From: Adineta vaga
Lineage: Eukaryota > Animalia > Rotifera
Direction of reading: 5' to 3'
Length of the DNA stretch: 64,000 bases
Assembly (NCBI GenBank): GCA_021613535.1
Contig: CP075492.1
Span: forward strand, 5,270,001 to 5,334,000
Of the stretch, positions 38,761 to 53,000 are shown one piece after another. The notes under the pieces are model-generated. The model did no database searches, had not been told where the DNA came from, and saw nothing but the letters and a program-made list of their open reading frames with translations. Position 1 is the first letter of the stretch; every line of letters begins with the position of its first letter. The translations under genes were made by a program, and so were the position numbers.

Positions 38761-39255
38761 AACACTAAAAAAAAGAGAAAAACAAATAAAAAAATGTCAC
38801 TTTTCTTTCATTTGGCTGTGCAAGATTTTTGATAAATATTTGTGAGAGTTTGCACATGGTAGAAAGAAAGAGAATTCAAAGACTCGTTACATACAAATCA
38901 GGGCACTGTTTGCCGTGCAATCAAGTATGGATTGTGTATGATTACATGTAGAAAAACGTGACATGTTACAAACTTGCCCTGGAATCTTAACAAATAGTTT
39001 CGATTTTGTTTCTATCAAAAAATGTGCAACAACTTTCTCAGGTGCGAAATATGCGAGTGTGAAAAAAGTATATCTCACCCTCAAAAAGAACTTTTGTAAG
39101 AACTATGTATTCTATAGAAATCATGAATAGTAATTAGAATTTTCTTTCGTTTGTCCTAATAATTAATTAGACAAGTATTATATTCCATCGTTAATCTGAC
39201 TCTATATACAATAAGGAATGCTACTTTTCTCATAGGAAGCATTTTTGAAAAGCAA

Positions 39256-40242
39256 ATGTCGTCAACAGCGTATCTATCGACTATTCAACAATATTTAACA
39301 CGTTATGGAATGAGTACATATGTTGCATTTGGAAATCTTGGTAATTTCTTAATCATTGCTGTATTTTCTCAAGTAGAACAACGTCGAAATTCTTGTTCAT
39401 TCTATTTGTTATGGATGACAATATGTAATTTAGTATGTCTTGATGTTGGTATCATTCCCGTGATATTTGCATTAGATCATACTGATATTAGTAATCAATA
39501 TGATGTGGCTTGTAAAATTCAATTTTATATTCGTCATGCATCATTTCAAATGATGAGACAATATAAAGTCTTAGCTTGTATTGATCGTTTTGCATTGACT
39601 AGTTCAAGTCTAATGATACGAAACTTTAGTCATTATAAAATTGCAAAATATTTAGTTATGATTTCCGGAATCTTTTGGGCATTGGTAGCCATCTTCTTTG
39701 TTGTAGTTAGAACAGTTGCAAATGGTTCCTGTAGAATACAAGACAATTTATATTCGACGATTTATACAATTTATTATATGATATTTGCAGGTCTTCTACC
39801 ACCATGTTTAATTCTATTGTTTAGTTTTTTAGTGATGAGAAATTTAAAACTAATTCGTACGCGTATTAAACCAGTAGTTCAAACAGCTAGTAAAGGAAAT
39901 GTTCTTCGTAAACGTGATCGTGATCTAATGAAAATGGTATTAGTGGAAGTTTTATTTTATGTCATTAGTACATTACCATTTTCAATTTATCTTGTTTATA
40001 AAATGATTACAGATGGTTGGAGTAAATCAAACGAAAGAAAACAAATTGAATCATTTATTAATTATTTGACACAAACATTTCTAATGTATTTTAATACAGC
40101 ATTACCATTTTATATTTATATAACAGCATCATCTTCATTTCGTCAACAAACAAAACATGTTCTGTTGAGATTTTATGCTTTTATGATAGGAAAACAGTTG
40201 AGAATCGATCAAAATGAACAAACAATGACAAAAATCAAATGA
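39256..40242 (+). CDS. Rhodopsin-like class A GPCR, intronless
   Basis: Seven hydrophobic segments, FGNLGN, CK in TM3, ACIDRF (DRY-like), RDRDLMKM, PFYIY...FR. Confidence 0.88.
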   Translation: MSSTAYLSTIQQYLTRYGMSTYVAFGNLGNFLIIAVFSQVEQRRNSCSFYLLWMTICNLVCLDVGIIPVIFALDHTDISNQYDVACKIQFYIRHASFQMMRQYKVLACIDRFALTSSSLMIRNFSHYKIAKYLVMISGIFWALVAIFFVVVRTVANGSCRIQDNLYSTIYTIYYMIFAGLLPPCLILLFSFLVMRNLKLIRTRIKPVVQTASKGNVLRKRDRDLMKMVLVEVLFYVISTLPFSIYLVYKMITDGWSKSNERKQIESFINYLTQTFLMYFNTALPFYIYITASSSFRQQTKHVLLRFYAFMIGKQLRIDQNEQTMTKIK

Positions 40243-41043
40243 TTTCAATGTACATTCCTATTTGTAATAGTCGAATCAATAATAAATATTTATTCTGTAT
40301 CTAACTCCATTTTATGAAACTGATTACATTAAAAACGACTGCAGGATTTATACATGGTAGAATATGGAGGTGATGAAAAGTAAATGAAACCTATGAATAA
40401 ACAAAGAATGTTGCTTCAATGTCCTATGCCAATAATACATTGACCTCATCTATATCTTAACATTATTTATTATGCGAAGTGATAGACATTCGCTACTATT
40501 AAACACATCAGTTTTTGTAGCTTTGAAATGGTGGCATCCTATCAAATAAATTCTCATAGATGTTTGCACACGCAACTAAGTATTGCTTTTTTTCGTTCTT
40601 TTTTTACATTTCTTATTTGAAAATGCTTCAGTATGAATATTTACGAGTTTCAAATGCGTTGGCCGAGACAAAAAGCGTATAATATTTCGATAGTATGCGA
40701 TTGTCACAAACAACAACTCTGTTACAGAAATAAGCTGTAACGTACGCATATTTAAAACTATCGATTGTTGTATTTCTGCGTTTAGTAAATCGTATCATTT
40801 GAATAATTTTACTCTGAGCAGGTGCCTAACAAGGCTCTTCGAATAATTACACAAAACGCTTTCATTACGATGTGGAAGATAAATGATAGCACTCTCAAAA
40901 ATCTGACAATACTTAGTCTGAGTACCAAGATGTATACATTCAGCTCCATTGCTGGAATGATCGGAGCGAACTTCATCAATCTTCAATATGTGTTCTTTAC
41001 TTTAGATTATATTTCATTTATTGTTTATAACAATACTGCTCGA

Positions 41044-42737
41044 ATGGCTCGAAGACCAATTGGTCGAACAAAACATCCCTACGAGCGCTCTAGCTCGGAA
41101 GAGAGATACATGATCGATGAAGATGAGCTAGAACGGTTGAACAGGCGTGTCTCACATATGGAAGTTTTTCAGCATGTTCAAAATGCTAACCAAAATATTG
41201 ATGATCCGAATATGCGAGCTCAACATTGTTGTTATGTTCATTCGATTGGAAAAGCTCCAAATTACAAAAGTAAACCTTCATCCGAAGAATTTCAATCTGA
41301 AGAAGTAGAAAAATATCTAGAATCCGCTATTCTTTATCAAAATGCTACTCAACTTCTTCAAAAACGTGAAGAATACGCTGTTATTGAAGATGATTTTGGA
41401 CCGATGCTTGCTCAAATGTTAATGCGCGGAAAGAAGCCATCATTTCTTAATTTAGTCGCAGCATGTAGAAACGTCGATAAGGAAGATTTCATTCAAATAC
41501 ATTTAATGACGACCGAAAAATCACATCATGAATTTCTGAAAAAAGGAATTAATGAAGATGATGCCAAAGCATTTGCCTTTGCCATTGCCTTCTATACTGG
41601 TGCCTATAGTGAAATGCTCAGTTTGAATGCAACTATTTTTGCACGTCGGTGGCAACGAAATAAAGCAACAGATGCAGAAAATATAAAAGTTGATGATAAC
41701 GCTGCTATGATTATGTTTTATCTCATTAAAGGTTTATCGCATATTAATTTCTATTGGGGTCGAGTAGTACGATATGTTAAATTAAGCGATAACGATCTCG
41801 AAGATTATCAACCGGGTGAAATAATAACATGGCTTCAATTTAGTAGTTCGGACAAAGGTGATGACAATAATGATAAACATTTGAATTATTTTAAAGAACG
41901 TAATACTAAATTTATTATTTATTCATTAACTGGACGAAGTATACAAGAATATTCAAATTGTGCTAAAGATGAAGATGAAGTTCTTTTCCTGCCACATTCA
42001 ACATTTCTTGTTTGTCATCATGAGATTGTCCAAAGAAAAAATGTTATCTCTATGAGACAGGTAAGTCATTACTTCTGAACTATGTTTAACGATAAATGGC
42101 CTTTGTTTTTAATTGGTGCAATTTAAGAATACACATAATGTGTTATCAAATACGAGGTTTTACGAGGTTTTCATTTCATTGCAGCATGTCTTTAACAAAA
42201 TTTATCAGTCTCGTGTTTGGATTATAGTTTAGAGCCTATGCTTTTCTACTTGAAAAGATCGAGTAATAAGATAGTATAGGAATGTATATAGTATTATAGA
42301 TTGAACTTGGTTTCACCAAATATGTAATATTATGGGTTGATGATCATATATTTGATGAATGGTGGGAAAATAAAGCACATATGGAAAAAGCAAGTACGCT
42401 CGGTACTCAAGTTAATGTTCACTTTATTCCAAAATCAACAACTGAATCAGCACTTGCTTTTCTTCGATCGGAATTTGGAAAACGATTAAAACGTAGCCAA
42501 ACATTTCGTATCGTTACGGATATGAATCGAGATAATGAAGGATCACCAAGTGATGCTGGTGTTCGTTTACTATGTGAACTGCGAAAACTTGGTTATAAGC
42601 AGAAATGTCTCATTTTTACGGGAGATGCAAGAGAAGGACGCAGAAAATTGCAGCAATGTTTTCAAAAAGATCAGCTAGATGATATTCAAGTGACAGAAAA
42701 TGTATTCGACCTCGAACAATTTGTCTTATTCAAATGA
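41044..42737 (+). CDS. Mono-ART (R-S-E clade) fused to a C-terminal receiver (REC)-like domain; exons 41044-42060, 42300-42737
   Basis: AIAFYTG, VVRYV (R), WLQFSSS, GRSIQEYS...DEDEVLFLPHSTF (ExE); exon 2 VILWVDD...FRIVTDMNR...AG...CLIFTG. Confidence 0.85.
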
Positions 42738-43179
42738 ATATAATTTCATCGCTTCTCAAGACAATTTTTATGACAAAATATTATTTACTTTAAAATAAAA
42801 TAATTATTATAGAACTGTATTATTGGGTATACTTTGAATACATATATAGAAATCGTCTACAAAATATCTGGCAATTGTTAGAACGTTTGTGCGATTGAGT
42901 ATACATAGAGATATCTAGTTGATCCTTGCACTCAATATCCACACTTATTGACATAGTACAATAATCATAGGATTAAATCTCAACTATACTCGTTCGAATC
43001 ATTTCCATACACATGATAACGGAAATCATACATGTTCTCGACTATTGTTTTTAGGGAACCCTCCGATGTTTTCACTAGCAATACAATACTATGAGTCAGA
43101 AACCAAGGTATAAATTCGACACAAAATGGATCCTAAAGAACATGTCTTATGAGAAAATATGCTAAATATTTTTTTTTTA

Positions 43180-44176
43180 GCGAATTTGTTCGAAGTTGAT
43201 ATGCTTTTTCCTGATGAGCCTGCATCGAAAGCCGTAAGTTTATCGAATTAATGTAATGTATTTCAAATTTTTGTTGAAACTTTAGCGTGGAGCTGCACTT
43301 CGTGGTGTGGCAGTACCTTGGACAGACGACATTGTGCCATATGAAATTCTTCCTGGCTACGGTAGTTAACGTTTTTTTTTGTCTTTTTAATTATACTTTT
43401 TTCATGAGTTTCATTAAATTTTTGCTTTGAAAAATAAACTTGATTGATTTAACGAAAGTCTTCTCTCTAGCATCAACACTACAATGCAAAAAATGGAACA
43501 TCAAATAGCAATCAATAATTATAAATGTATTCAATTTCGTCCAAAAATACCATCGAATCCTTATTATATAACTATTGCCAATGGAAATCGTCGTTCATCT
43601 TATGTCAGAAAGAATACATTCATTGAATAAACTATACTAACTTTCTTTTATTTTCTTGTTTTAGGTTGGTCAAAATACAGGTGTAAATATAACTCGTACA
43701 GTTTCACTACAATATCCAGGATGTATCGATGAAGGAAAATATGTCAACTACCTTTGCTTTTTTCTCTATCAGATATGTTACACAATTTTAATAAATATAC
43801 AAATACAACTGTGAATACTCCATATGATTATCGATCAGTGATACATTTTGAAAAAGCTGCTTTTTCTACCAACGGTCTTCCCACAATCGAACCACTTGTT
43901 CCCAATACGTTTATTGGACAACGAGATAATATGAGTACAATTGTATATTGTATCTGGTGTAACTTTACCACCCATTCCAACAACTACAACAGGTTAGTTA
44001 CTTCCTATGAAATCAGAGTCAACTCATTTGAAATTTCCTCTTTTTTTTAAATAGTTAATTTATACATACGAAATAGATCAATATCGTCATCATGGTCAAA
44101 TACGAATCAAAGATATGCTCGGTACGCTGGTTCTGGTTCTAATTATTTTATTTATATCAGCTGTTCACACAAAATA
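43180..44176 (+). pseudogene. Astacin (M12A) metalloprotease pseudogene
   Basis: Exon remnants RGAAL..VPWTDDIVPYEI, CIQFRPK, VGQNTG...VSLQYPGCIDEG, NFNKY...PYDYRSVIHF (altered Met-turn), IGQRDNMS; no HExxHxxGxxH segment found. Confidence 0.75.
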
Positions 44177-44692
44177 AAATCAAACAGTTTTCTTTTAGAA
44201 AATAATATACAAGACAAACTTCGACCATGAAAGTACTATGTTTTCTAATCGCGATGATTGCAATGGCTTCTTTTGGATGTCAAATGGGTTATTTACCGGA
44301 GGAAAAAGAACGAAAATCATGAAGCAATTTTTGTCATCATTGACAATAATTCCTTTCCAATCATTACTAGACGTATATAATATGTAAAAGATGTCGTTCC
44401 GTGTGAGAATTGAAGATGTAGGAGTGATGATTCATCTTAACATTACTAATAAATAAATTACGTCGAATTTAATCTTTTTTTCAATTTATTCATTTTATAA
44501 TCTCGTTTGTGTCTCTATAATATCGATGTGGTTACAACTTAAAATCTGTAATGTTCTATTGCATATATATACATTTTTTTTGTATGAGTCACTTAGAATC
44601 TTGTGACATAACGGAAAAATCCAACATAAGTTTAGTTTATTATATAATCAAATATTTTTTAGTCGATCGTATACATACACTATACTCATAAA

Positions 44693-46808
44693 ATGGATTA
44701 TTATCGATTAGACTGGGAAGACAAACCATTTATTATTGGTGATTTGTATGATTTGATCGATAGAAATAGGCCAAAAGAACTTGATACGTATTTGCGAGAT
44801 AAACCCTATGCCCAATTGTCTCTAACAGTAGTGGAAGAACGAAATGATGAAGAAATCAGTCTACTTATTTTAGCAACTCTTTATGGCTATGTCGATATAG
44901 TACGTATACTACTCAATTACAATTCAACAAACGAGCAGGTAGAATTGAAAGGATGTGTTTATAGTATTGATGGAGACTTTGTGAAGGATGCAACTGCATT
45001 ATGGTGCGCTCTTCATCACGGTCACTATGATATAGCCCGTATTTTAATTGAAGTTGGTCTGGCCGATGTGAATTATGGTCCATATGGACCATTATTAATT
45101 GATGCGATTGATACGAAACAGCATAGTATTGTTCAATTTCTAGTCGAAAATGATTATGCTGATATTAATCTTACTGTAAATTCTAATGATGAGAAAGAAA
45201 GTTGTCTTATGATAGCTGTACGCTGTGGAGATATAAAAACAGTAGTATATCTTTGCACTAAAGGTGCGAAGGTTGGTTATCGAACTCCACTGACACAAAA
45301 TAGTGCAATGAGTTACGCTGCAGAACATGGTTTTATGGATGTGGTACAGTATTTGTATGTAAAAGGTGCTTCTCCCACGAATGAAAATCGTTTAAAAAAG
45401 ACTCCATTATTATTAGCTACTGAAAATGGTCATCTACAAGTAATCAATTTTCTGCTTCAATTCGATCATACAGAGTCAACTATGAATGAACTTGAATTAA
45501 TAGCGTCTAAGTTCATCATGACCGATCAGGGTGTTTGGTGTGCAGATGTAGAAAATGGTGTGAAATTATTTCGACAATTATTGAAACAACGCATTCTCTA
45601 CAATATACCAAAAAATATTGCAGAACCCATTGCTGTATACGAATTTCAACAAGAGTGTCAAACAGTTGATGAACTGGATCAAATCCAGCAAAATGACAGT
45701 CTATCATTATATCGCCAAGGATTACTTATTAGAGAACGAATTCTTTTACCTCGTAAAGATCCTACATTACTTGAACCATTGCTTGAACAAAATATCGAAT
45801 TAATTGAAGATGGTATATATTACTTTGCACTTACTCTGTGTCATCATATCTTTGATCTACAACAATCAATGGAACTTGATGTTAAACTTGATGATTTTAT
45901 TTTAATTTTTTGTCAAATGCTTAATGACGATGTATTCATTCCTGGAGATGAATTCTTGAAAGCATGTCGTTTAGTTTTCACACCATCTCAACGACAATCT
46001 AATGATGATTGCCTAAGGAATACACTTCATCTTGTCACTATTGCAGTCGAAGTAAGCAACAAATGATTGTAAATCATACGACATTATTGACACTTTATAG
46101 GTTCTCAGACAGTCCATGTTGGACAGTACAGATCGAAAATTAATCGTTCATTGGATGATAGAGGTCTTTCGACAACAATGGACAACAAGTACTGGACAAA
46201 CATTATTACATCTTAGTGTTGATAGTGAAATTTATCAAGAAATCAGATATAAACCACTAGCGATCAGAAAAATTCTTATGTAAGTAACTATACTGAATGT
46301 AAAAAAGTATATCTTACACTGAATTCTATTTTCGTCGTTTAGTTATCCAAATATACATACTGTTCGACTTCTGTTAATTTATGGTCAACCATGGATTGAT
46401 TTAAATGCTGTCGAGCTAGTAAAATATGATACTGCTCTGCATATAATCTCTCGACATTGGAATCTTTTTGAAAATAACGTAAATTCCTCAGCAATTGTGG
46501 AAATGTTGATCAATTCAGGAGCACATGTGGATTGTGTCAATAGAGATAATCAAACACCACTGAATGGAGCTATGGATACTGACATATGCACACTTCTCAA
46601 GTCAAAACAAATACCACCTCGATTGAAATGTCTTTGTGCACGTCTAGTTAATGAAGAAAATCTCCTCGATAGTCATCTTTCACAGCAAGTTGGAAATGCA
46701 TTGATTAAATTCGTACAATTACATGGTGGGTTAACAACCAACAATCATTATTCGAGTGATTTGCAATATGAAAGGAGTTATTTTTCTGACGACTACATAT
46801 CTGATTAA
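44693..46808 (+). CDS. Fem-1-like ankyrin-repeat E3 substrate adaptor; exons 44693-46051, 46101-46279, 46343-46808
   Basis: ATALWCA..GH, TPLLLATENGH ankyrins; LELIAS..., IAVYEFQQECQT, GLLIRERIL Fem-1 motifs; GQTLLHL, DTALHI; C-terminal LKCLCAR (BC/VHL-box-like). Confidence 0.85.
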
Positions 46809-47213
46809 TATCTACCTAATGATGTCAGTTATATTTTGTTTTTGTTTATTTTAAATATCACATTATTATAAATACAATAACTTGTCTTAATATAGATAAA
46901 TTACGAGAACTTTTTTTAGCTAATATTTTTATTCGAATATGTATTACATTTTGTGTTGTATTTTCGAGCATTAGCAGTTTTGAAACATCGTTTAGATAGT
47001 TACCAAAAACAGTTTCCTTTTCATAAATCATCTGCTTGCTATTCCGATTGTTCACGTAAAAGTATAATGTATGTTCTTTATTTTGTTGTAAGCCAGTTGT
47101 GACTATCGTGAAAATCTCGATCATCAAAGGAATTCAAGTTGAAAGGCAAAGTTTTATGCATATATAAATTATTTAGTGCTGTCTATAACAAATATATGAG
47201 TTTAGTTACGTGA

Positions 47214-48266
47214 TTATAGGAAAATTTGAATAAAATTTATTTTTGATTTTGCTATTTTTCCAAGTTTAGTTTTTCCCGATTCCGATAGATTGCAATCATT
47301 TAACCAGAATTTCTGCAATGATTGATTACTTTCGAACATTTTCATAAGACAAGGAATGCTTGAATCTGTTATAAACTCATTTCCAGAAAATGATAGTGCT
47401 TGAAGAGTTCTATTTCGAATTTGAAGTACATTCGCCAGTGTTCCAACTCCTTGATCACTTATTCGATTTCTTGCCAATGTTAAATGAGTCATAGTTGTAT
47501 TCGTTTTTAACATGTGTGAAAGGTATTTTGCACCATCATCTGATATATTATTATCGGATAGATCAAGTTTTTTTAGTTGATTTCTCTGAAATGGAAGTTC
47601 ATTGCTCAACATTTGAACACCTATATCACCTATGCGATTATTCCAAAGAGATAATTGTTCTAATGTTTGATTGCAAGTTAAAGCAGGAGCCAATACTGAA
47701 GCACCCTTTGATGTTATTTCACCATGACAGAGTCGCAGCATTTTACATTGTGCCTTCTTAATACCTTCACAGACGACGATATTCATATCATCATCAGTTA
47801 TCTTATATCCAGTAAAATCGATCGTTGATTGGTTTTCGCATCCAGCGATAATCAATTCTTGTCTTTCATTTTTAAATTGAACTGATTGCTGCTGATGAGA
47901 TTCTGGTGCTGGTTGATGACGAGAATGTCGTATATACGCTAATAACATGTGTAAACAAAGACTAGCGAACATAGTCCAAACAACAGCGCGAAGAATGGCA
48001 GAGAAATTTGTGAGATAAAGAAGAATACCAAGTGCAATAGCAGCAGCGAGTCCCAAAACTGCATTTGTTAACATAGATGATGTATGATTAACTTGATGGG
48101 TAATTATACGAAGAGAATCTACGCATTGATTCCCAATGTTAGTTAGAGTACCGGATGCATCATCTCGAAGATTGTTGATCGTATTTGTAACTGTGACAAG
48201 AGTTGAAGATATATTTTCTGCTACTCCATCAACACGTTCTTGTATCGTAGTTACAGTACCACCCAT
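47214..48266 (-). CDS. Helical N-terminus, two TM segments and RNI-like LRR protein
   Basis: MGGTVT start, heptad-like region, two hydrophobic helices, LRRs such as NQTLEQLSLWNNRIGDIG and LKKLDLSDNNISDDGA. Confidence 0.82.
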   Translation of the reverse strand: MGGTVTTIQERVDGVAENISSTLVTVTNTINNLRDDASGTLTNIGNQCVDSLRIITHQVNHTSSMLTNAVLGLAAAIALGILLYLTNFSAILRAVVWTMFASLCLHMLLAYIRHSRHQPAPESHQQQSVQFKNERQELIIAGCENQSTIDFTGYKITDDDMNIVVCEGIKKAQCKMLRLCHGEITSKGASVLAPALTCNQTLEQLSLWNNRIGDIGVQMLSNELPFQRNQLKKLDLSDNNISDDGAKYLSHMLKTNTTMTHLTLARNRISDQGVGTLANVLQIRNRTLQALSFSGNEFITDSSIPCLMKMFESNQSLQKFWLNDCNLSESGKTKLGKIAKSKINFIQIFL

Positions 48267-48722
48267 ATGATGATTTTATTTTGAAAATGAAAAAAATAAA
48301 TCTTATTCGTTTCTTTAGTAATCTACGAATGACGACGAACGAGCACGTGGATTTATTCTTTTAACAGCAATTCAAACTTCTTTTCTGTTCTAAAAATATG
48401 CCAATACTACAATCATAAAAACAGAACGAAATGAAAAACAGATCGACTTCTACGTTAGCCGGGGTGGGTATGGGTTGGACAGATCAGATTAAGACGTTGC
48501 GTTGGTCATCACAGGAACTATAGTTGATTGAAATAGAATTGATAACGTTCAACGAAAGTAAAATATTCATAAGAGTATGTAAGCAATGTAGTTGAACGAC
48601 ATCCTTTTTTTCCTTATAATTTACTTGTGCAACATAAACTAAATGAAAGGAAAATATTACAAAGAACATGTTTTATTCAGAATGGTGTGAATTGATGAAT
48701 ACAACAAATAACACTAGAATTG

Positions 48723-49470
48723 TTACATGAAAAATTTTGAATTGAGTCTAATAAATGCATATTCAAATACATCTCGACAACCATATATATTTGCTTCCTT
48801 ATGAAAAATAGCATAATTACTATGGCGAAATTCAATTTCACTGGTATTCGGCTTTTTGAGATGAATTTCTAGAAGGATTCGACGTATATAAGGCAGTTTT
48901 TTTAATGGAATATTGTCATTTTGGTAGGATGATCTGTTCATGTGAGAAATTAATTCTTCAAACAATTGAAACTCACTACCTTCAACATGATCTCGACCAT
49001 CACCCAAATAAGTTCGATGGAAAGTACATAGATTGACCGGACAAGTAAATAAGTTTTTATCGAACGTATGTATCTCACTTTCTGGTAATTCTTCTTTGAT
49101 TGCTTTTTCGAAATCGAAGTTGTTATTTGAACCAAATGAGTACACAATTGTATCGTGGTTTGCTATTGGCTTTGAATTTATATAGTGAGTTTAACTGAAA
49201 TGAGTATAGCAATAGTGATAATTAGTACTTTTTTCGTCAGCCGACTGTATATCCAGTTGAAGTATGACATTAAAAATTCAACCAATAATGTGCGGACTTA
49301 TCATAGTTGATTAAATAAAACTTTCGTAGTGTAATTCTGCAGTCCAATACAATAACTTATGATCTTTGAAGAAATACTCGATATCTACACGTAGACGCTG
49401 TACGTTTCGATGTTTAAGAAACTCTTTTTATTTTTTGAGTGAATGGTTCCAAAATCCTTTAACCTGAAAG
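48723..49470 (-). pseudogene. FkbM/METTL24-like methyltransferase pseudogene
   Basis: IVYSFGSNNNFDFEKAI...EIHTFD, VEGSEF (upstream IDILKxD part missing), ILLEIH, IFHKEAN, EYAFIRL; upstream exons fragmentary. Confidence 0.65.
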
Positions 49471-50089
49471 AATAACAATTCTTTTAAGATGTGAAAGTAT
49501 GTGCTCTGACGAATCAGAAGCGTTTACTTGTTTGTATATTTCTTCTTCCCTTCAGTATATAAGCGAAGAATGAAAACGTTTTTGAGTTTTCTTGCACAAA
49601 AACTTATTTATGTATATTTTTATCGATTCTATGATTTTTTTAATCTATTTTTTCTCAAAATAAATTTGCATGCTTAAAAATATTGTTTGAGAATCATACT
49701 TCAAGAACAAAAACAGCAGTTTACTTTTGAAGCGAAATAATGTTAATAATATACGCCCTCAAGATAAAAGAATTTCTTGATTACGATCATTCAATATGTG
49801 TCATAAATGAGTGTGACTTGAATAAAATCAACAGCAGTTCTATATAAATTCGAGATATTTCTGATTGAAGTCACCTATGCATACAAAATAGGATCTAACA
49901 GACTGATATCGTCCAATAGCTTCTTATCTACCAATAAAAATTAATCCATCCAAATCAACAACTCCTTTCGTTTTAATCAATGACATTAATAAACGTAATT
50001 GGAAATATTAGTATTCGTCAAACATGAGTATTCAGTGACGCGAATGCATAAGAAAACTGTTAAAAACTTCTCTCTATGCAGTGTGAACA

Positions 50090-53000
50090 CTACTGAAAGA
50101 TATTCAAAAAACAATCTTTTCTGAGAAATAATATTAATCTCTTTTCTTGAACCTGAATTGCTCGTTGAAAATCTTCGTCAATGTCATTCTCCGTTATAGG
50201 CCCATATCCATTCGTTGTTAACGATGTTCTGCTTTCGATACAACTGAGGTTCGATACATGTTTAATAATTTCATAGATACGATAGCAATTGGTTGAATTA
50301 TCATCATTTAACAAGTCTCTAAGTATGACTGTTATATATTGGTGTATTTCTGATAAACTGATCACATGAGCCTGAGCAAGTTGTATCAATGATCTTAATA
50401 TAGCTTCAAAAAAATAAAATTTTGTATTATATGCATTTGGACCAAGTTGTTGAAACAATTTTTCGACAACACTTCGATCTGATACTTCTTTTATATCTTC
50501 AATATATTGCCAAATTCTATTAAGCATCGTATCGGTAATCCATGTCAACATCTCAACAAGTTCAAGTGTAAATACACCAAATGAAGCGTAAAGACCGATT
50601 ATTGTGCCAGAATATGATGCTCCTGTGAGGAAGTATTGATAGAGTAGTCTTTTAAAATTTTCTTCACCAAAATAGCTTCTTCGAATAGTATCACGGAATT
50701 CGTTGAAGTCTCCAGTGCTGAAATAACTTACTATAAAAATGTAATCAGGGGTAGGATCAGAAAGATACTTAGTGGTACAGTCGCTGCATAAATAGTTATA
50801 TAGGTCTTGAACAAATTTGTCATGAAGTTCAATAGCATGTGTTTTTATATAAGCAACAATGTCTTTCGTATTATCATTGTCCAATGCATAATGTTTCTTT
50901 TGATATAACAATTTTTCCAACATAAACTTGTATTGTTTATCAGGTGTTAAATTACATTTATTTTTGAACCAATCTAATATTGTGTTGAGCGTGAAAGATG
51001 GTTGTTCTGCAATAATTAAACAGAATGCAGATCGAACAGAAATCGTCTCTGATGGTGACGTTTCGAAGAGATTTTTCAAGTTATTTTGTATTTTGTCTGA
51101 AATGTTGTAACTTGTTTTAGTTTTCTTTGATCGAATCAAATAATTTCCATAAGCTAATAAGCAGATAGCTAGATTATCTTCGGAGTAAATATCAAAAGAT
51201 CCAATGATGTTTTCTAAACGAGAAATCGGATCGATATTTAAATGATTATAACATTCAGAAGATCGATGATTATGTGTTAATGCATGGTTAAAACCATTAA
51301 GAGCTGCTTTTTGAATTTGTTGAGATCGTTGATCTGAAAGACATGCAAGACTATATCTATATAGTTCTTGACAACATTTTTCGTCTTTATCATTCCAAAT
51401 TTCATTCTGAATAATCCATTTAATCAGAGTTGCCACATATTTTTCTTGGCCATTATTTTGAATTTTATTTTCTTCGTCAATAAGTACATGAAGATGCTCA
51501 AGCAAATAAAGTTGCAATTCTTGTGAAATACGATTGATCAATGATAATAATGAATATGTTGAAAATTCTGATGAGTTATCGATGTCCGAGATTATTTGTT
51601 CAATTTCTAAACTAAGAATTAATTGGAAGATGCTTTTGTGAATAATACAAATAGAAATTTGCGAAAGATAATAAACATGGTACTTCAGCTTAATCAAGAT
51701 TAGACGAAGAACAGTTATGTCTATCGAGTCTGTCGTAAATAAGCGTTCTACGAGTGATTTCAAATGAAATCTTTTGTCGGTATAAAAAATTTCTACAATA
51801 AGATCGATTAGATTAGTTTGTTTTGAACCTTCAATAACTAACTGTAATGCGGCATAATGTGAAAAAAATCGCAACGTTTCATCATTTCGATAGCAGAGCC
51901 ATTTTTCAATCACAGGTAAAGCATTTCTTTCTACCATTAAGCATCGAGCTATATCATCAATAATTTCATATATTGCAGCTTTGTTTGAATCTTGTACATA
52001 GATCGTAATCCATGTTGCAACTTTAAAAGTAATAAGGCTCTGGTTCCGTGATGTATTTCTCCATAATTGTTTCCATTGTTTCAAATACCACATTTTATTT
52101 TTGATCTTCATACAACTATTTATTTTGAAATATTGACTATCGAAAGCCAACTCGGTTAAATACATTATCGATAGAAGAATGGGATTTCCGACCCAACATT
52201 CTGTTTGCGTGAAATACCGACAAAATGCGGATGAATTGAATCGAAATAGTTCAGACAAATTTAGTTGTGTGTGTTTGATAAATTTCAATAAATGATTCGA
52301 AATATTTGAGATATTTAGTTGCTGCAATGCAATAAATGCTGCTTCTTGAGCTGGACTTGTTTCAGATGTTGACATTGTGTTTAATTTTTCACCAATAACA
52401 TCACCCATCTGTTGAAATTGAATTGGACAAATTTCATGTGCGTTGTAACATCGAATATATAATAGAGTCGATGTTAACAATGGAAGAGTTGGTAAGACAG
52501 ACTGTAGTAGATAAATCATTTCATGTCTTACTTCATCTCGTTGTTGTTTGTCGAAGACTAAAGGATCTTGCATATCTGTGATGATACTCAATCCAATAAT
52601 TCGTAGAATTGTATCAGATATATGCATTATAGCAGAACGCACCTCTTCACTATCGATTATGGAGAGACATCGAAGTTTATTAGAGTGATTCGCACGTGAT
52701 CGAAAAATTCGTGCAAGAGAACATGAGGCAGTTAGTAGTTGTATATCTTTCTCTTGATTTTCTAATAAGTTGTTAACATTATGAATACGTTGACGTTCGA
52801 CACTTATGTATGAGTCATAATCTTCGATATTGCAAGTAGAAAATCTATAACTTAACATTAAAGCATAGTTCTCTAACATGTAGATTTCAAATTTTGCTTG
52901 CAATGTTTTTAAAGTAAGATTATAATATAAATCATAAGTAGTCATCTCTTCTAAGAGTAGCAAGCATTGCAAAAAGAGTACAACTAACGGCATGGAATCT

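Noticed and set aside
40822-41043. N-terminal extension of the ART ORF from a GTG start
   Set aside because: Non-ATG start in a eukaryote and UTR/intron-like composition; ATG at 41044 preferred, though an upstream exon is possible.
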